From Octopus vulgaris (lineage: Eukaryota), in NCBI GenBank assembly GCA_951406725.2, contig OX597821.1, forward strand, positions 58,156,001-58,220,000: a stretch of 64,000 nt of DNA. The letters run 5' to 3'. Numbering within the stretch: the first letter of the stretch is position 1; each line of letters opens with the position of its first letter. Both the position numbers and the translations under genes were made by a program. The notes beneath the pieces are model-generated. The model had not been told where the DNA came from, did no database searches, and was given only the letters and a program-made list of their open reading frames with translations. Below are positions 28,019 through 42,277 of this stretch, one piece after another.

Positions 28019-28540
28019 ATGCGTGCTCATATGCGACGTAATATCACATCAGTAGCATTTCCTCACACCCTCCTTGCACTTGGCGAAGGCAAAATACCAG
28101 GGGATGAAAATGGTAATATTGCCATCGATTCCATTTGTACCATTGTTAAAACGCCTTCTGATCTCAGAGATGCAGTGTTCCCAGATCTACAAGCTAATTA
28201 TCAGAATATGGATTGGATTGGCCAAAAGGCTATACTGGCCCCGAGGAATAAAACTGTTCACCATATTAATGATGAAATGCTAAAACTCATTCCTGGGGAA
28301 GTCTATGTATATCAGTCTATCGATACAACTCCTGACCCAGAGGACGTCATCAACTATCCAATAGAGGTACTCAATTCCTTTGAGCACCCCGGACTACCAC
28401 CACACTTTCTCAAACTTAAAGTTGGTGCCCCTATAATGCTCATCAGAAATTTGGTTCCCCCAAAACAATGCAATGCCACACGTTTGATCGTTAAGTCCTT
28501 ATCTCCCACCGTAAACTTATATCAATATTTGCCTAAATAA
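28019..28540 (+). pseudogene. Helitron Pif1-family helicase fragment
   Basis: LLALGEG, KAILAPRN..VHHIN, YQSIDT, YPIEVLNS..PGLPPHFLKLKVGAPIMLIRNL..CNATRL. Confidence 0.92.
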
Positions 28541-29814
28541 TGATCATAATTCAGTGCAATCATTAACAGTACTTTCAAGCAATTCAGCCCCGAGCAACGC
28601 CGGGCAATTCTGCTAGTTGTTCATAAAAGAAAGAAAAAGGAAAAACAACAGCTCACACAGAGTAAATAAAAATATATAGTTCCAGGCAAAAAAAAAATTC
28701 AGGCCACAATGGTACTCCGGCCCTATTCGATCTCGGCTCCTTTGCAGCTCTCAATTTGATGGTAAAATCCAGTTCTCTGCTTGTAACTAAGCAAAAAATC
28801 CATAGTTTTCGAAACCTCTTAGTTGGTGTGAAAACAACCATAATTCTTCATTTTTTTCTCCACTGTAGAAAAACAACAATTTACATCAAATAATTCCGGT
28901 TTGCTTCTCGGGCTGTTCAAACAAGCTCACCGACAACAAGCCACACACACACTTTGCTTGTAAAACAAGCAACAAATTCACCGCCAAGAGTAAGCGAAAA
29001 TGCCCCAGAGCAGGGCAGAATATACTGTAATAAAAATAAGACAATAATTCTACAAACCCGCTCACCCTAACGTCGACCAGCTACACGTCTTCAATAAAGG
29101 CGGGAAAAAAATTGTTCAATCTTCGGAGGCAAAGACACTCCCCCAAACAACAATTCTCACAATTATTTTAAAATTCTTCAAAAATGAACAAATTTTTAGT
29201 AGGCACAACACTCCTCCAAGCAACAATCCTCATAATTAAGTGAGAAAAATATTCACTCAACATAAACCGCTAACTAGGAAGATGAATACGCCCCCAAACA
29301 AAAATTATCACAATTGAGCGAGAAAAAATATTCGCTCCATGCAGGCAGAACCAGAATTCTGAATCTAGTAGGACTTCCCGCTTGTACAAAAAAAAAAATT
29401 CTCAACAAAAATTCCCACTGGACCCAAAAAAACAGAATCCTACCTTATAATGGAGCTTCAAAATTTTTCAATTCGAGGCGGCTTCAAAAGCATGTCTCAC
29501 CGCTTCAGTGCCAAACGCAACACTGACTCGCACATGCACATTGAGGTAAGCAAGCTACTTACCACACAACCTCTCCTGCGCCTACACAATCACTCTGGCT
29601 AGATGCAATTTAAAAATGAAAAGACACAAATACAACCGTCACTAAAAATGGTTAAGTGTGCAAGTCAGCACAAGCATTGCTATTCACTGAAAAGAAAGTG
29701 CTGTATTGAACAGAAAATGTTCTGTTCGTGGCTTAGAGTTATTTTGACTCTTATTTCTAGCAAGACTGGTGCTCACTTGCACTCTTAGTCACGTTTAGTG
29801 ACGACTGTATATAT

Positions 29815-30035
29815 ATTCTTTTATTATCTTACTTGTTTTAGTCATCTGACTTCGGTCATGCTGGAGCACCACCTTTATACAAACAAATAGACCCCAGGAC
29901 TTATTCTTTGTAAGCCTAGTACTTATTCTATCGGTCTCTTTTCCCGGACTGCTAAGTTTCGGGGATGTAAATACACCAACATCAACTGCCGAGCGATGGT
30001 GGGGGAACAAACAAGCACACATACACATAAATATA

Positions 30036-30097
<62 letters not shown>

Positions 30098-30505
30098 ACA
30101 GGCTTCTTTCAGTTTCCGTCTACCAAATCCACTCACAGGGTTTTGGTCGTCCCGAGGTTATAGTAAAAGGCACTTTCCCAAGGTGCCACGCAGTGGGACT
30201 GAACTCGGAACCATGTGGTTGGGAAACAAGCTTCTTATTTTCTTATTGCCCACAAGGGGCTGAACAGAGAGGGGACAAACAAAGACAGACAAACGGATTA
30301 AGTCGATTACATCGACCCCAGTGCGTAACTGGTACTTAATTTATCGACCCCGAAAGGATGAAAGGCAAAGTCGACCTCGGTGGAATTTGAACTCAGAACG
30401 TAACGGCAGACGAAATACCGCTAAACATTTCGCCCGGCGTGCTAACGTTTCTGCCAGCTCGCCGCCTTCTTACCACAAGCCTCTTACCACACAGCTACAC
30501 CCGCA
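29815..30505 (-). mobile_element. SINE family B copy with a family A SINE (30238-30465) nested in its head
   Basis: Family B stops at aagcttctta and resumes cttcttaccac; a 7-bp duplication cttctta flanks the family A copy. Confidence 0.85.
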
Positions 30506-31084
30506 CCTATATATATATATATATATACACACACATAAAAATATGCATGTGGTAAGCCTCTTTATGTTCTGTATCGGTGATTCAATGATTGCAAACTTTG
30601 TGTTAAAATATATGTGTGCTATACATCATATTTGAAGTATATCATTGGTTTTGACATACTCCATTTTTCCTTGCCCCCTCGACCATTCATCGATAAAGTC
30701 TGGTGGGTTTTTTTTGTTTTTTTTAGTGACCTATGAGCATCAGCTTTAAGTTAGTGACTTCAGAAGAGCTATAACCAAGTAAACTGGTTAAAATATCTTT
30801 TGGTGTTTTTCGTCGGAGAAAAACGACTTTTGCTTCGCGGAAAATTAGATAAATGAAATAGGTTTTATAAACATTGAATAAAAAAAAGAAAAAAAAGACG
30901 GACGATGAATAGTTGTCATGCTTTTCTTCCGTTTTAAGTGTTTATTGATTTGACCTATGTACCTACATTTGAACATTCTTCTGAAGTACGAATACCTCAG
31001 ATTGTGTACTGCGTTGCTTAGAGCGATATACGTTAAAGTGTTCGTATTATGAACCCATGTTATTATCTCCTTATTGTAATTCTT

Positions 31085-31465
31085 TTATTATTTTATTTGT
31101 TTCAGTCATTTAACTGCGGCCATGTCGGAGCACCACCTTTTTAGTCGAACAAATCGACCCCAGGACTTATTCTTTGTAAGCCTAGTACTTATTCTATCGG
31201 TCTCTTTTACCGAACCGCTAAGTTACGGGGGTCATAAACACACCAACATCGGTTGTCAAGCCATGGTAGGGGAACAAACACAAGACACACAAACACACAC
31301 ACACATATATATGACGGGCTTCTTTCAGTTTCCCTCTACCAAATCCACTCACAAGGCTTTGGTAAGCCCGGGGTTATAGTAGAAGACATTTGCCCAAGGT
31401 GCCACGCATTGGGACTGAACCCGGAACCATGTGGTTGGTAAGTAAGCTACTTACCATACAGCCAT
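31085..31465 (-). mobile_element. SINE family B, full length
   Basis: Complete head and tail matching the other copies. Confidence 0.88.
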
Positions 31466-32025
31466 ACATGAAAATATTTCTTCCTTTTTCCATTTCAATC
31501 AAACAGTCCATTTGTACATTTCGCATGCTCTCTGTTTCATTTTGCAGACGACATTATGGTCGTCTTGACGGAAACTTTCAAAGTCTCAATATGGATTATA
31601 CTTTTATGCATTATGCAACAAAACTAAGATAAAGAATGACATATCCTAGGGGTCTGTTGTATTTTAATTTCTTCAAAACTTGCTAATGTACATGAAAAGA
31701 GGTGTTTTTTGCTTGGCTTTGTAAGGCCATGGTTGTTGTCGCAGGAATCAACGATCGATTAGCTTTACCTTGTCGCCCACTTGCTCACACTTACGTTCAC
31801 ATTCACCACCATCTTTACACTATCCGAAACTTCTGTCTACTATACATACTGGCGCAGATATGTGAGTGTAGTTAAGAATCTCGTTTTGCAACCGCGTCGT
31901 TTTGTATTCAGTTCCACTGCGCGACGCATTGAGCAAATGTCTTCCACGATAGACAGAAACTGTTTGGAAGTCAGTCGTATATTTACTTTTTTGCTAGTTT
32001 CAACTCAGAAGCCGTGGTCAGGCTA

Positions 32026-32077
<52 letters not shown>

Positions 32078-32101
32078 GCCATCTATCTATCTATATATCT
32101 A

Positions 32102-32161
<60 letters not shown>

Positions 32162-32164
<3 letters not shown>

Positions 32165-33273
32165 TATTATAAAAGGCAGATTTTATCTGCCTCCCTTTGT
32201 CTCTTATAGAAATCTACAATATAGGATTTCTTCAATTACAATTTACCTAGCATTTTTAAGAGTAGAATGCATCGGGTCGTGCCAGGTCCAGTTTTTCAAA
32301 TTTCAACCCCAATTAAGCAAAATTTAGAGAAAACTCACATTGTGGTGTGTAAATGAAGTGCTTTTCTTAGTGTGGGCTACAGCACACACACACACACACA
32401 AACGGAGCGAACTGCTTCACTGACGCTATCACCCTAATTTCTCCTCCTTTCTCTTTGCGAGTGTGCAACGATTAAAGTGAAAGTAATTCACTTTTTGTAG
32501 TGAGTGACTGAGAGAGAAAAGAGAGAGAGAGGTTATGTATGTATATATGTATGTATGGCTTCAGTGACACACACACAAAAACACATACCTACGTACACCT
32601 AAAGCACGCACACACACACACACACAAGCGGAGCGCCAACTTCAAAAGAACTTCGCGCGCTATCTATCTGGTTTGCCATTCCTCACACACACGCAGCCAC
32701 ATACATATATGACAGTGACAAACACAAACGTTTCAAACAACTACATACACACATACATACATACACACATACAGACACGTGTGTGTTTGTTATTTGTAAA
32801 AAAAGGCGTCAAACACAACTCGCTTCTCATTCGAACACATTTGCAAAAGCACACCGACGGTCGAATTGCCATAACAATACAGAAAAGGTAAATTGGTTTT
32901 TAATTTACTTTCTGTCGTTAAATTTTGGTAGTATTAATTGAAAGTATTTATATAAAACGAGAGAAGTGTACCTTAAACCACTACTAAAAAAAAACAACAC
33001 AGCAAACAGAAACAAATAAATACATAACGATTTACTCCTCACACAATTTCTTCAATTAGAGTTTACCTATGATTTTTCAAAGTACTTCCATTCGGTCATG
33101 GCATACAAAATTTCTTTCAATTTCACCCCCATTTCAGAAAAAATTCGAGAAAACTAAATATTTTACCATTTCACTCTTTCACTCTGCATTCCCACTTCCT
33201 CTTTACACACATTGACACGCAAATATATAAATAAAATTGTAAGCTAACGTAGTGTGTGTGTGTATGTGCGTGT

Positions 33274-33343
<70 letters not shown>

Positions 33344-33875
33344 GTGTGAGTGTGTGACAGGAAAGTTTTTTAGGACGAATATAAGATCTAAAGTATATCC
33401 AAGTAGCAGAAAGATCGCCCAAAAGTGTATATAGATATTTAAATATATTTATATATTCATCTATACACATATGTATGTATAATGTGTGTATACATTTCCA
33501 TAGAGGTAACCATTCACTCCATACAAAGTTATTTACGACGAATATAAGATCTAAAGTATATCCAAGTAGCAGAAAGATCGCCCAAAAGTGTATATAGATA
33601 TTTAAATGTATTTATATATTCATCTATACACAGATGTATGTATAATGTGTGTGTATATATTTCCATAGACGTACCCATTCACTCCGCACAAAGTTTTTTA
33701 GGACGAAAATAAGATCTAAAGTTATCTCTAAGTAGCAGAAAGATCGCCCAAAAGTGTATATAGATATATAAATGTATTTATATATTCATCTATGCACACA
33801 TGTATGTATAACGTGTGTGTATATATTTCCATAGAAGTAACCATTCACTCCATACAAAGTTTTTTAGGACGAAAA
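32162..33875 (+). mobile_element. Non-autonomous Helitron-like element (same 5' end as 26348) with ~165-bp internal tandem repeats
   Basis: tcttattataaaaggcagattttatctgcctccc start; long homology to 26348-27770; 3 repeat units at 33360-33875. Confidence 0.8.
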
Positions 33876-33885
33876 TATTTATATA

Positions 33886-34520
33886 CTAGCAATATCGCCC
33901 GGCGTTGCTCGGGTTTGTAAGGGAAATAACTATATAAGCATTTTTAGAGAGTTATAGCCAAAAAATAGCCAAAAATGCATTAAAAATGGAAAAAATATGA
34001 TGGTAAATTTTTTTTTAAATCGTTGACTCATCGTAGACATTTTTAGAGAGTTACTTCCCTTATATAATAGCGAAAAAATGCATTAAAATGGAAAAAAACG
34101 ATGGTAAATTTTTTTTTAATCGTAGACTCATGTAGACGCTTTCTTAGCCATTTCTGTTTTGGAGTCTTCAAGCCATGAAGTCGTTGTTCTAAAAGAACGC
34201 TGGTCTCCTTGACAACGCATTACGACGTTGATTTCCTTACACTCCCTTCCCCACAGGTGCAGGTGTGAGCGTGGACGCCAACTCCGCCGCCATCGACACA
34301 CGAAAAATTATGCATTAAAATGGAATAAAAAATAATGTTAAATTATTTTTAAAATCGTAGACTCATCGTAGACGCGCGCTAATACTCAGACGGGCTCGAT
34401 ATGAATCACGACTATAAGCTACCCGAATTTGGTTAAACTGCACCGCAAAATGTGGGAGTAGTTAGGAATCTAAATCGAAGGGGACAGACACTCACACAAC
34501 TACAGTTTTATATATATAGA
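33886..34520 (-). mobile_element. Non-autonomous Helitron (type B ends)
   Basis: ctagcaatatcgcccggcgttgctcggg is the reverse of the hairpin+CTAG end; minus-strand start TCTATATATATAAAA. Confidence 0.85.
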
Positions 34521-34639
34521 TATACATAGCGCAGTAGTGGTGAGATGTGACAGCAAAGAAAAGCATACATTCACTCTCTGCATGCAATTAGACTCGGAAA
34601 GTTCGTGAGGAACCCATTGACCCAATTTGCTGACTTTTC

Positions 34640-35130
34640 CGATAGCACACAGGTCTCAATGAATGGTTGAATGACCAAATCCAAGCTTCTCTGCTAGTTC
34701 CTCAACAGTTACGATGAGATTTTGTTCCACCAGGGTTTTCAGGATGTCCTTGTCGAGTTCTACAGATCTTTCAGGATGAGGCTCGTCTTCTAGGCTGTAG
34801 TTTATGGCTCGGAATTTCTGGAACCACCATTGACACTGCCTTACGCTTATTGTCCAATCCCCATATACTGCATTAATATTTCTTGTACTTTCCGTTGCGT
34901 TGTTGTCTTTATTGAACTCATAAAGCAAAATATGCCAAATATGCTCCTTTGTTACTTCCAATATAGCTTTGAAAAAAATAGCTGTTAAAATCGAAATGCA
35001 CTCTTCAAAACTTGCACTATGAATAAGGACAAGATAAAATTACTACCTGCTTTTATAGCAAGTTAATATAAGTAGTGTATCCCATTCCCCTCTGACTTTT
35101 AGTTCAAGCTGTTGAAAAAACCGCATTATT
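34640..35130 (-). mobile_element. Mariner 5' fragment (HTH domain)
   Basis: EHIWHILLYEFNK..NATESTRNINAVYG..ISVRQCQWWFQKFR...SLEDEP...TVEELAEKLG. Confidence 0.85.
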
Positions 35131-35161
35131 ATATATATATATATATACATACATACATACA

Positions 35162-35193
<32 letters not shown>

Positions 35194-35415
35194 CACACAC
35201 ACTCTCTCTCTCACACACATGCACACATTTATATTCTGTTATTCTTTTATATGTTTCAGCCTTGAGGTTGTGGCCATGCTGGATCAGTGTGTGTGTGTGT
35301 GTGTGTGTGTGTCTATCTGTCTGTCTGTCTGTATGTATATATGTATATGTATGTGTGTGAACAATAATATTTTCAACAGATGTGTTGCAAATGTATCTGA
35401 TTGTTCTCAAGCTTC

Positions 35416-35463
<48 letters not shown>

Positions 35464-35519
35464 ATGTATGTATGTATGTATGTATGTATGTATGAGTGTA
35501 TGTTTACTTTATTACTAAC

Positions 35520-35949
35520 ACAAGCCACTACGGTTATTTAATGTAAAGTCTTCCTCAAATCACTCTCTGTCGCTATTTACTCTCTTCCAAGAACATTTTC
35601 ACTCACTCTTCTGTGTTAGCTTCTCATACATTTTACTCATGTATCTATCAGCGTCATAGACAGAAACAAATATTACATCTAGTTTCATTTTATTCGTTGC
35701 ACACTGTGTGTGTGCGTTTGCGTGTGGTGTAAACCAGACTAAGAAAAGCATTTGACACACACACCAGAATGTGAGTTTTCTGTAAATTTTGCTTAATTGG
35801 AGTTTAAATTTTAAAAACTGGACCTGGCATGACGCGATGCATTGTACTCTTAAAAATGCTAGGTAAATTGTAATTGAAGAAATCCTATATTGTAGATTTC
35901 TATAACTCCCAAAGGGAGGCAGATAAAATCTGCCTTTTATAATAAGAGA
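35520..35949 (-). mobile_element. Helitron-like type A 5' portion, head-to-head with the type B copy
   Basis: gggaggcagataaaatctgccttttataataagaga is the reverse complement of the 26348/32162 start. Confidence 0.75.
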
Positions 35950-36784
35950 TAAAAGAAAGGTTGTGTGTCTGTCTACTCCGATTTAGATTCCTAACTACTC
36001 CCACATTTTGCGATGCAGTTTAACCAAAACCGGGTATCTTATAGTCGTGATTCATATCGAGCCCTTCTGGGTGTTAGCGCGCGTCTACGATGAGTCTACG
36101 ATTTTACAAATAATTTACCATCATTTTTTTCCATTTTAATGCATATTTTTTAAATAAAGGGAAGTAACTCTCAAACTTCACACCAATATGCGTGCTCATA
36201 GGCGACGTAATATCACATCAGCAGCATTTCCTCACACCCTCCTTGCACTTGGCGAAGGCAAAATATCAGGGGATGAAACTGGTAATATTGCCATCGATTC
36301 CATTTGTACATTTGTTAAGACGCCTTCTGATCTCAGAGATGCAGTGTTCCCAGATCTACAAGCTAATTATCAGAATATGGATTGGATTGGCCAAAAGGCT
36401 ATACTGGCCCCGAGGAATAAAACTGTTCACCATATTAATGATGAAATGCTAAAAGCATTCCTGGGGAAGTTTATGTATATCAGTCTATCGATACAACTCC
36501 TGACCCAGAGGACGTCATCAACTATCCAATAGAGGTACTCAATTCCTTTGAGCACCCCGGACTACCACCACACTTTCTCAAACTTAAAGTTGGTGCCCCT
36601 ATAATGCTCATCAGATATTTGGTTCCCCCAAAACAATGCAATGGCACACGTTTGATCGTTAAGTCCTTATCTCCCACCGTAAACTTATATCAATATTTGC
36701 CTGAATAATCATCATAATTCAGTGCAATCATTAACAGTACTTTCAAGCAATTCAGCCCCGAGCAACGCCGGGCAATTCTGCTAG
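35950..36784 (+). mobile_element. Helitron type B with Pif1 helicase fragment (36188-36700); near-identical to 27771-28616
   Basis: Same sequence as 27780-28616, including hairpin+CTAG; frameshifted helicase. Confidence 0.9.
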
Positions 36785-36895
36785 TATATATATATATATA
36801 TATATATATCTAACACGTAAAAGAAAAGATAATACATACTTCCACTCCAGTCACTCACGCTTGTCCTACTTTTCTACTCATTGTCACCTGTGTGT

Positions 36896-36938
<43 letters not shown>

Positions 36939-37392
36939 CACACACAAGTGTAAAGTAAAATGTTTAATTAAATAACAAGAGAACAAAAAGTTATGTAAAG
37001 AACTTCACTAGCTTACAGCCGTTTCTGCCATAAGATGTAATGCATTCATAGTTAAGTGCATGTGTATCACCTGATGGCTTCGCCTGATAGAAAATAAAAC
37101 GAAATTTGTAAGATAACATAATATATTTTACTAATGTTCTACAGTTAGTACTGACAAGGACATGGGAATAAAAATCCATCCGTTGCTCTCTTTTTTCTCA
37201 TTGCTAACTCATCCCTAAACTTCGACACAGTCGTCTTCCAGATGTCATTAAGACACTTCTTCAAGAACATCCGGTTGTGTCTGTGAAAACTGCCATCGAA
37301 AACATCCTCCAATACATACTCATCCATGGTTACACATCTCAAACAAACAGTCGTGAACATCGCCTTCTTCAGTCTTGGTCGACGCACTTAAA

Positions 37393-37467
<75 letters not shown>

Positions 37468-37685
37468 CTTCCCTTTCTGTCCTTTCCCTCTCTCTCTCTC
37501 ATCTTCTTTTCTCTTTTCTTTCTCTCTCTCCACACACACATACATACACCTATAAATGCATGTAATCCCTAACTTACTTAAGAGCAATGCTGTGTGTACA
37601 TATACACACATACACACACACATACACAAGTCTGTGTGTATCAGTGAGTTAGTGCGCGAGAGCATAGTTGCACATGCGTGCATGC

Positions 37686-37727
<42 letters not shown>

Positions 37728-37744
37728 TTATAATTATAAATATA

Positions 37745-38143
37745 TGCAGGAGGGGTTGTGTTGTAAGTAGCTTGCTCACCAACCACATGGTTCCTAGTTC
37801 ATTCCCACTGCGTGGTACCTTGAGCAAGTGTCTTCTACTATAGCCTCGGGTCGACCAAAGCCTTGAGAGTGGATTTGGTAGACGGAAACTGAAAGAAGCC
37901 TGTCGTATATATGTATATTTATATTTATATGTATGTGTGTATATGTTTGTGTGTCTGTGTTTGTCCCCCCAACATCGCTTGAGAACCGATACTGGTGTGT
38001 TTACGTCCCCGTAATTTAGCGGTTCGGCAAAGGGGGCCGATAGAATAAGTACTAAGCTTCCAAAGAATAAGTCCTGGGGTCGATTTGCTCGACTAAAGGC
38101 GGTGCTCCAGCATGGCTGCAGTCAAATGACTGAAACAAGTAAA

Positions 38144-38148
<5 letters not shown>
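37745..38148 (+). mobile_element. SINE family B, full length
   Basis: Head, CORE-like block, internal microsatellite and tail gactgaaacaagtaaaag. Confidence 0.88.
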
Positions 38149-38199
<51 letters not shown>

Positions 38200-38201
<2 letters not shown>

Positions 38202-38335
38202 TCGAAACGTTAAACCCTCCTTCCCTTCTTTCCTGAGCGTCAATAATACTTTAATTGTTCCACGTCCTGCGTTGCTGTGTTTTTTTTCTCTTTTTTTCTC
38301 TTTTTTTCTGTGTTTTCTTGTTTGGATTAACTTTA
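38200..38335 (+). mobile_element. Truncated pLTR-like fragment in (TA)n, beginning inside the hammerhead of the 51445-51655 family
   Basis: gctcgaaacgttaaaccctccttcccttctttcctgagcgtcaa... is near-identical to 51539-51655. Confidence 0.75.
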
Positions 38336-38875
38336 TATAGTAAGTGACGTTTTGAGGAGATAAATTCCTCTTTAAAGGGAGGTCAACATCCAAGCGTCCT
38401 CCGGTTTTATCGTGTATATCGATGGACTTTCTGGAATCCTGCTTTTCCGTGCTAGTGAAAGTGTTTCTTATTTATTAGGCACATTATGGAGTCCTAACAT
38501 TTTGTATACATGTTTACTTCTCATCGATATATGTGGGCATAGTTATAGTAATGTTTCATAAAGAAAAGGGATGTGTCACTTTTCGCCCAGAACAAATATC
38601 TACCGCTTCGTTATTTCATATTGCAATCTTTTATTGTAATTATGAATGAAGATTTATATGGAAACGATCGTAGGTTTAGAATTGACAAAATGTAAATAAA
38701 TTGATAATGATGTTTCAGACTCTCCATTTTCTTTATGATATATGTGTGTGTGTATATATATATATATATGTGTGTGTGTATGTATGTATGTATGTATGTA
38801 TGTATGTATGTATGTATGTATGTATGTATGCATATATGCATATATATATATATATATATGTATTATGTATGTATT

Positions 38876-38927
<52 letters not shown>

Positions 38928-39009
38928 CATATATATATATGTACTATGCATGTATGTATGTATATATATAAAGTAGGCGACAGAGACAGATGAATGAGAG
39001 AAAAAGAGA

Positions 39010-40661
39010 AATGTTTAAGTTGTTGTGGTTAATAGAGATAAAGTAGTTGGAGACGATTAGGATTTTTCTCCATTGCTTAGATTGGTGGCGGAGGAGTGGT
39101 GGCCTTGCCAGTGTATTAGAAGGGGAATCTTCCAAGGTGACTCGTTTTCTTTGTTACTATTTGTAATTGCTCTAATACCCATAACAATGCCAATTAGGAA
39201 AGTTAAGATGGGTTACCGATGTGGGAAGGAAGGCCCATCATCGAACCATCTTCTGTTTATGGATGACCTGAAGCTGTTTAGGAAATCTGAAAAACAGATA
39301 GATTCCTTAAACAATACACTCCAGAAGTGTAGTAAGGACATCGGTATGGAATTTGGGATTACCAAATGCTCAGTACTTAATATGAAAAGAGAGAAGAAAG
39401 CAGCCTGCAGAGGATTTCGGTTACCATCAGGAGAGACAACGGATAACCTAACGGTAGTGGGCATAGATATTTAGGGATTTTGGAGCTGGAGGACATTCTA
39501 CACAGTGAACTGAAAGTTAAGGTCAGTTAGGCGTATCAAGAAAGGGTGAAGATGGTGTTGAAATCCAACCTGAATGCCAAAAATTTGATTACCGCACTGA
39601 ATATCTAGGCAGTTGCGGTGGTCAGATATAGTGCGTCCATGTTCAAATGGACTAAGGAGGAAATATCAACACTGGATAGAAAGTTGATGACGCTGGATGG
39701 GGAACTACACCCTAAAGCAAACGTAAACAGGCTGTATATGAAAAGAAAGAATGGTGGCTGAGGACTAATTAGTATAGACCATTGTATAAGGAGTGAAAGG
39801 AGAACGCTTGCCCAGTATTTGATAAATAGTGATGAAGCCCTGCTGCAATATGCCGCAAAAGACATGGGTGTAAATGCAGATGAAATGATGGGCAAGGAAG
39901 AGTTTAACCAATGAGCTGATGAGAAGAGAAAAGAAGACTTTCGTGAAATGAGAATGCATGGACAGTTTGAAAGGAATACACAGGACGTTAAGGATCGTGG
40001 GCATGACTTGAGTGAGGTGATTTGAAGCGTACCACCAAAAGCCTTATCATTGCTGCACAAGACCAGGCTCTCGCTACAAAGTCAGTGAAATATAACATCT
40101 ATAAAACGTCTGACACCTAGTAATGCAGTATGGAAAATGTGACCCACTTGGTAAGTCGATGTGAGAATACAAAAGAATACAAGCGCCGCCACGATAAAGT
40201 GTGTGTGTATCTTCATTGGCTCTTATGCCTTAAATACCAATATGAAGTAACAGAGAACTGGTGTGAACATTTACCAAGTAAAGTTGAATAATAGAGACAA
40301 ATACTGTCAGATCATTGATGTGACCATACCAAATGACACGAATGTTGTAAGTAAAGCGGTTGAAAAAGTCGCCAAGTACTCCGAATTGAAAGTGGAAATG
40401 GCAAGACAGTATGGAATGCAGAGAGTAATGTAAAAGTGATACCAGTGGTGATCGGAGCGTTGGGCTCAATCCCATTGATACTTCAAAACTTCTTAAGGCA
40501 ACTGGAAATCCCATGCAAGATTGATGTCTTACAAAAAACAGCCTTATTGGGCACAGCGCACATCTTAAGGAAAGTATTATCTGTCTGAGGTCCTTGTTGT
40601 GACTTGACAGATGAGTAAAAACTCCGGTGCATTTTTACCTACACTGTGTTACCAAGAAATG

Positions 40662-40740
<79 letters not shown>
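39010..40740 (+). mobile_element. 5'-truncated R4/Dong-clade non-LTR retrotransposon (RT plus restriction-like endonuclease), decayed, ending in (TAA)n
   Basis: RRGIFQGDS.S.LLFVIALIP, NHLLFMDDLKLF, DIGMEFGITKC; downstream ENVTHLVSRC, KRRHDKV, IIDVTIP, IPVVIGALG; (TAA)n tail. Confidence 0.88.
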
Positions 40741-40741
<1 letters not shown>

Positions 40742-40779
40742 CGAAATCGGAGGATAGAGAGATAGAAAAGATAGATAGA

Positions 40780-41124
<345 letters not shown>

Positions 41125-41694
41125 GGGGGAGAGATTAATAGGAAGCTAGAGATAGGAAGAGAGAGGAGATAAATAAGAAGGTAGGCAGATAGACAGATTG
41201 ATCGATAGATAGAGAGAGAGGGGGAAATAAACGTGTACTAGAGAAACAAAAATATGACAACGTAAAATAAAAACAATAATAATAAATAAACAGAAGCAAC
41301 CTAAAACATGACAATGTACGGGAAAAAGTTGAAATAAAGGTAGGAAAATTGGTGAAAGAACTAAAGATGTATTTTTACTAAAAGTCTCGTTTTATCTCTC
41401 AAGCTGTCTAACTAAAATAGCTTTCTATAGTTTTCATCAATCGTTCACTCGGAATGTCCGATATAAAAAAAATTTCCGGATAAAAATGGAACACCTCTGA
41501 AATACCAAATGTATCTCACTGAAAAGAAGAGCGACTAATAGAAGAATGAAGGAAAGGGTTTGTGGGAAAATGGTTACAGCCTTGCAGAGAAATAAGTGAA
41601 GGAATAAGAATGGAAAGGATGGAAATATAGAGGAAAGAAAGGGAGAAAATGTATATAAAGAATGAATGCACGGACGAATGGATGGTAGAAAATA

Positions 41695-41801
41695 GAAGGA
41701 AACAAAGAAAAGTAGGAAGGAAGGAAGGAAGGAAGGAAGGAAGGAAGGAAGGAAGGAAGGAAGGAAGGAAGAAGTAAAAGGGGGGATATGGGAGGAAAAG
41801 A

Positions 41802-41839
<38 letters not shown>

Positions 41840-42173
41840 AAAGAAGAAAGAAAAAGAAAGAAAGAAAGAAAGAAAGAAAAGAAGAAAAAAAGAAAGAAAA
41901 AGGGAAGGAAGAAAGAAAGAAAGAAAGAAAGAAAAGAAGGAAGGAAGGAAGGAAGGAAGGAAGGAAGGAAGGAAGGAAGGAAGGAAGGAAGAAAGAAAAA
42001 AGAAAGAAAGAAAGAGTGAAAGAAAGACAGAAAGTAAGAAAGTAGGAAAGAAAGGAAGGAAGAATAAGAAAGAAAGAAAGGCAGAAAGAAAGAAGGAAAG
42101 AAAAAAAGAGAGGAAGAAAGAAAGAAAAGAAGAAAGGAAAAGAAAGAAAGAAAGAAAGAAAGGAAGGAAGGAA

Positions 42174-42214
<41 letters not shown>

Positions 42215-42228
42215 GAAGGAAGGGAGGA

Positions 42229-42276
<48 letters not shown>

Positions 42277-42277
42277 A
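41695..42277. repeat. Polypurine (GAAA)n/(GGAA)n tract
   Basis: Read directly from sequence. Confidence 0.95.

Noticed and set aside
28019-28540. Host PIF1 gene
   Set aside because: It is a partial domain inside Helitron termini and is duplicated with a frameshift at 36188.
31525-31632. Splice acceptor ttttgcag followed by a short hydrophobic ORF (MVVLTETFKVSIWIILLCIMQQN)
   Set aside because: It stops after 23 codons, with no donor site or recognisable homology.
34656-34961. SETMAR-like host gene
   Set aside because: Only a mariner HTH fragment; no SET domain and no catalytic domain.
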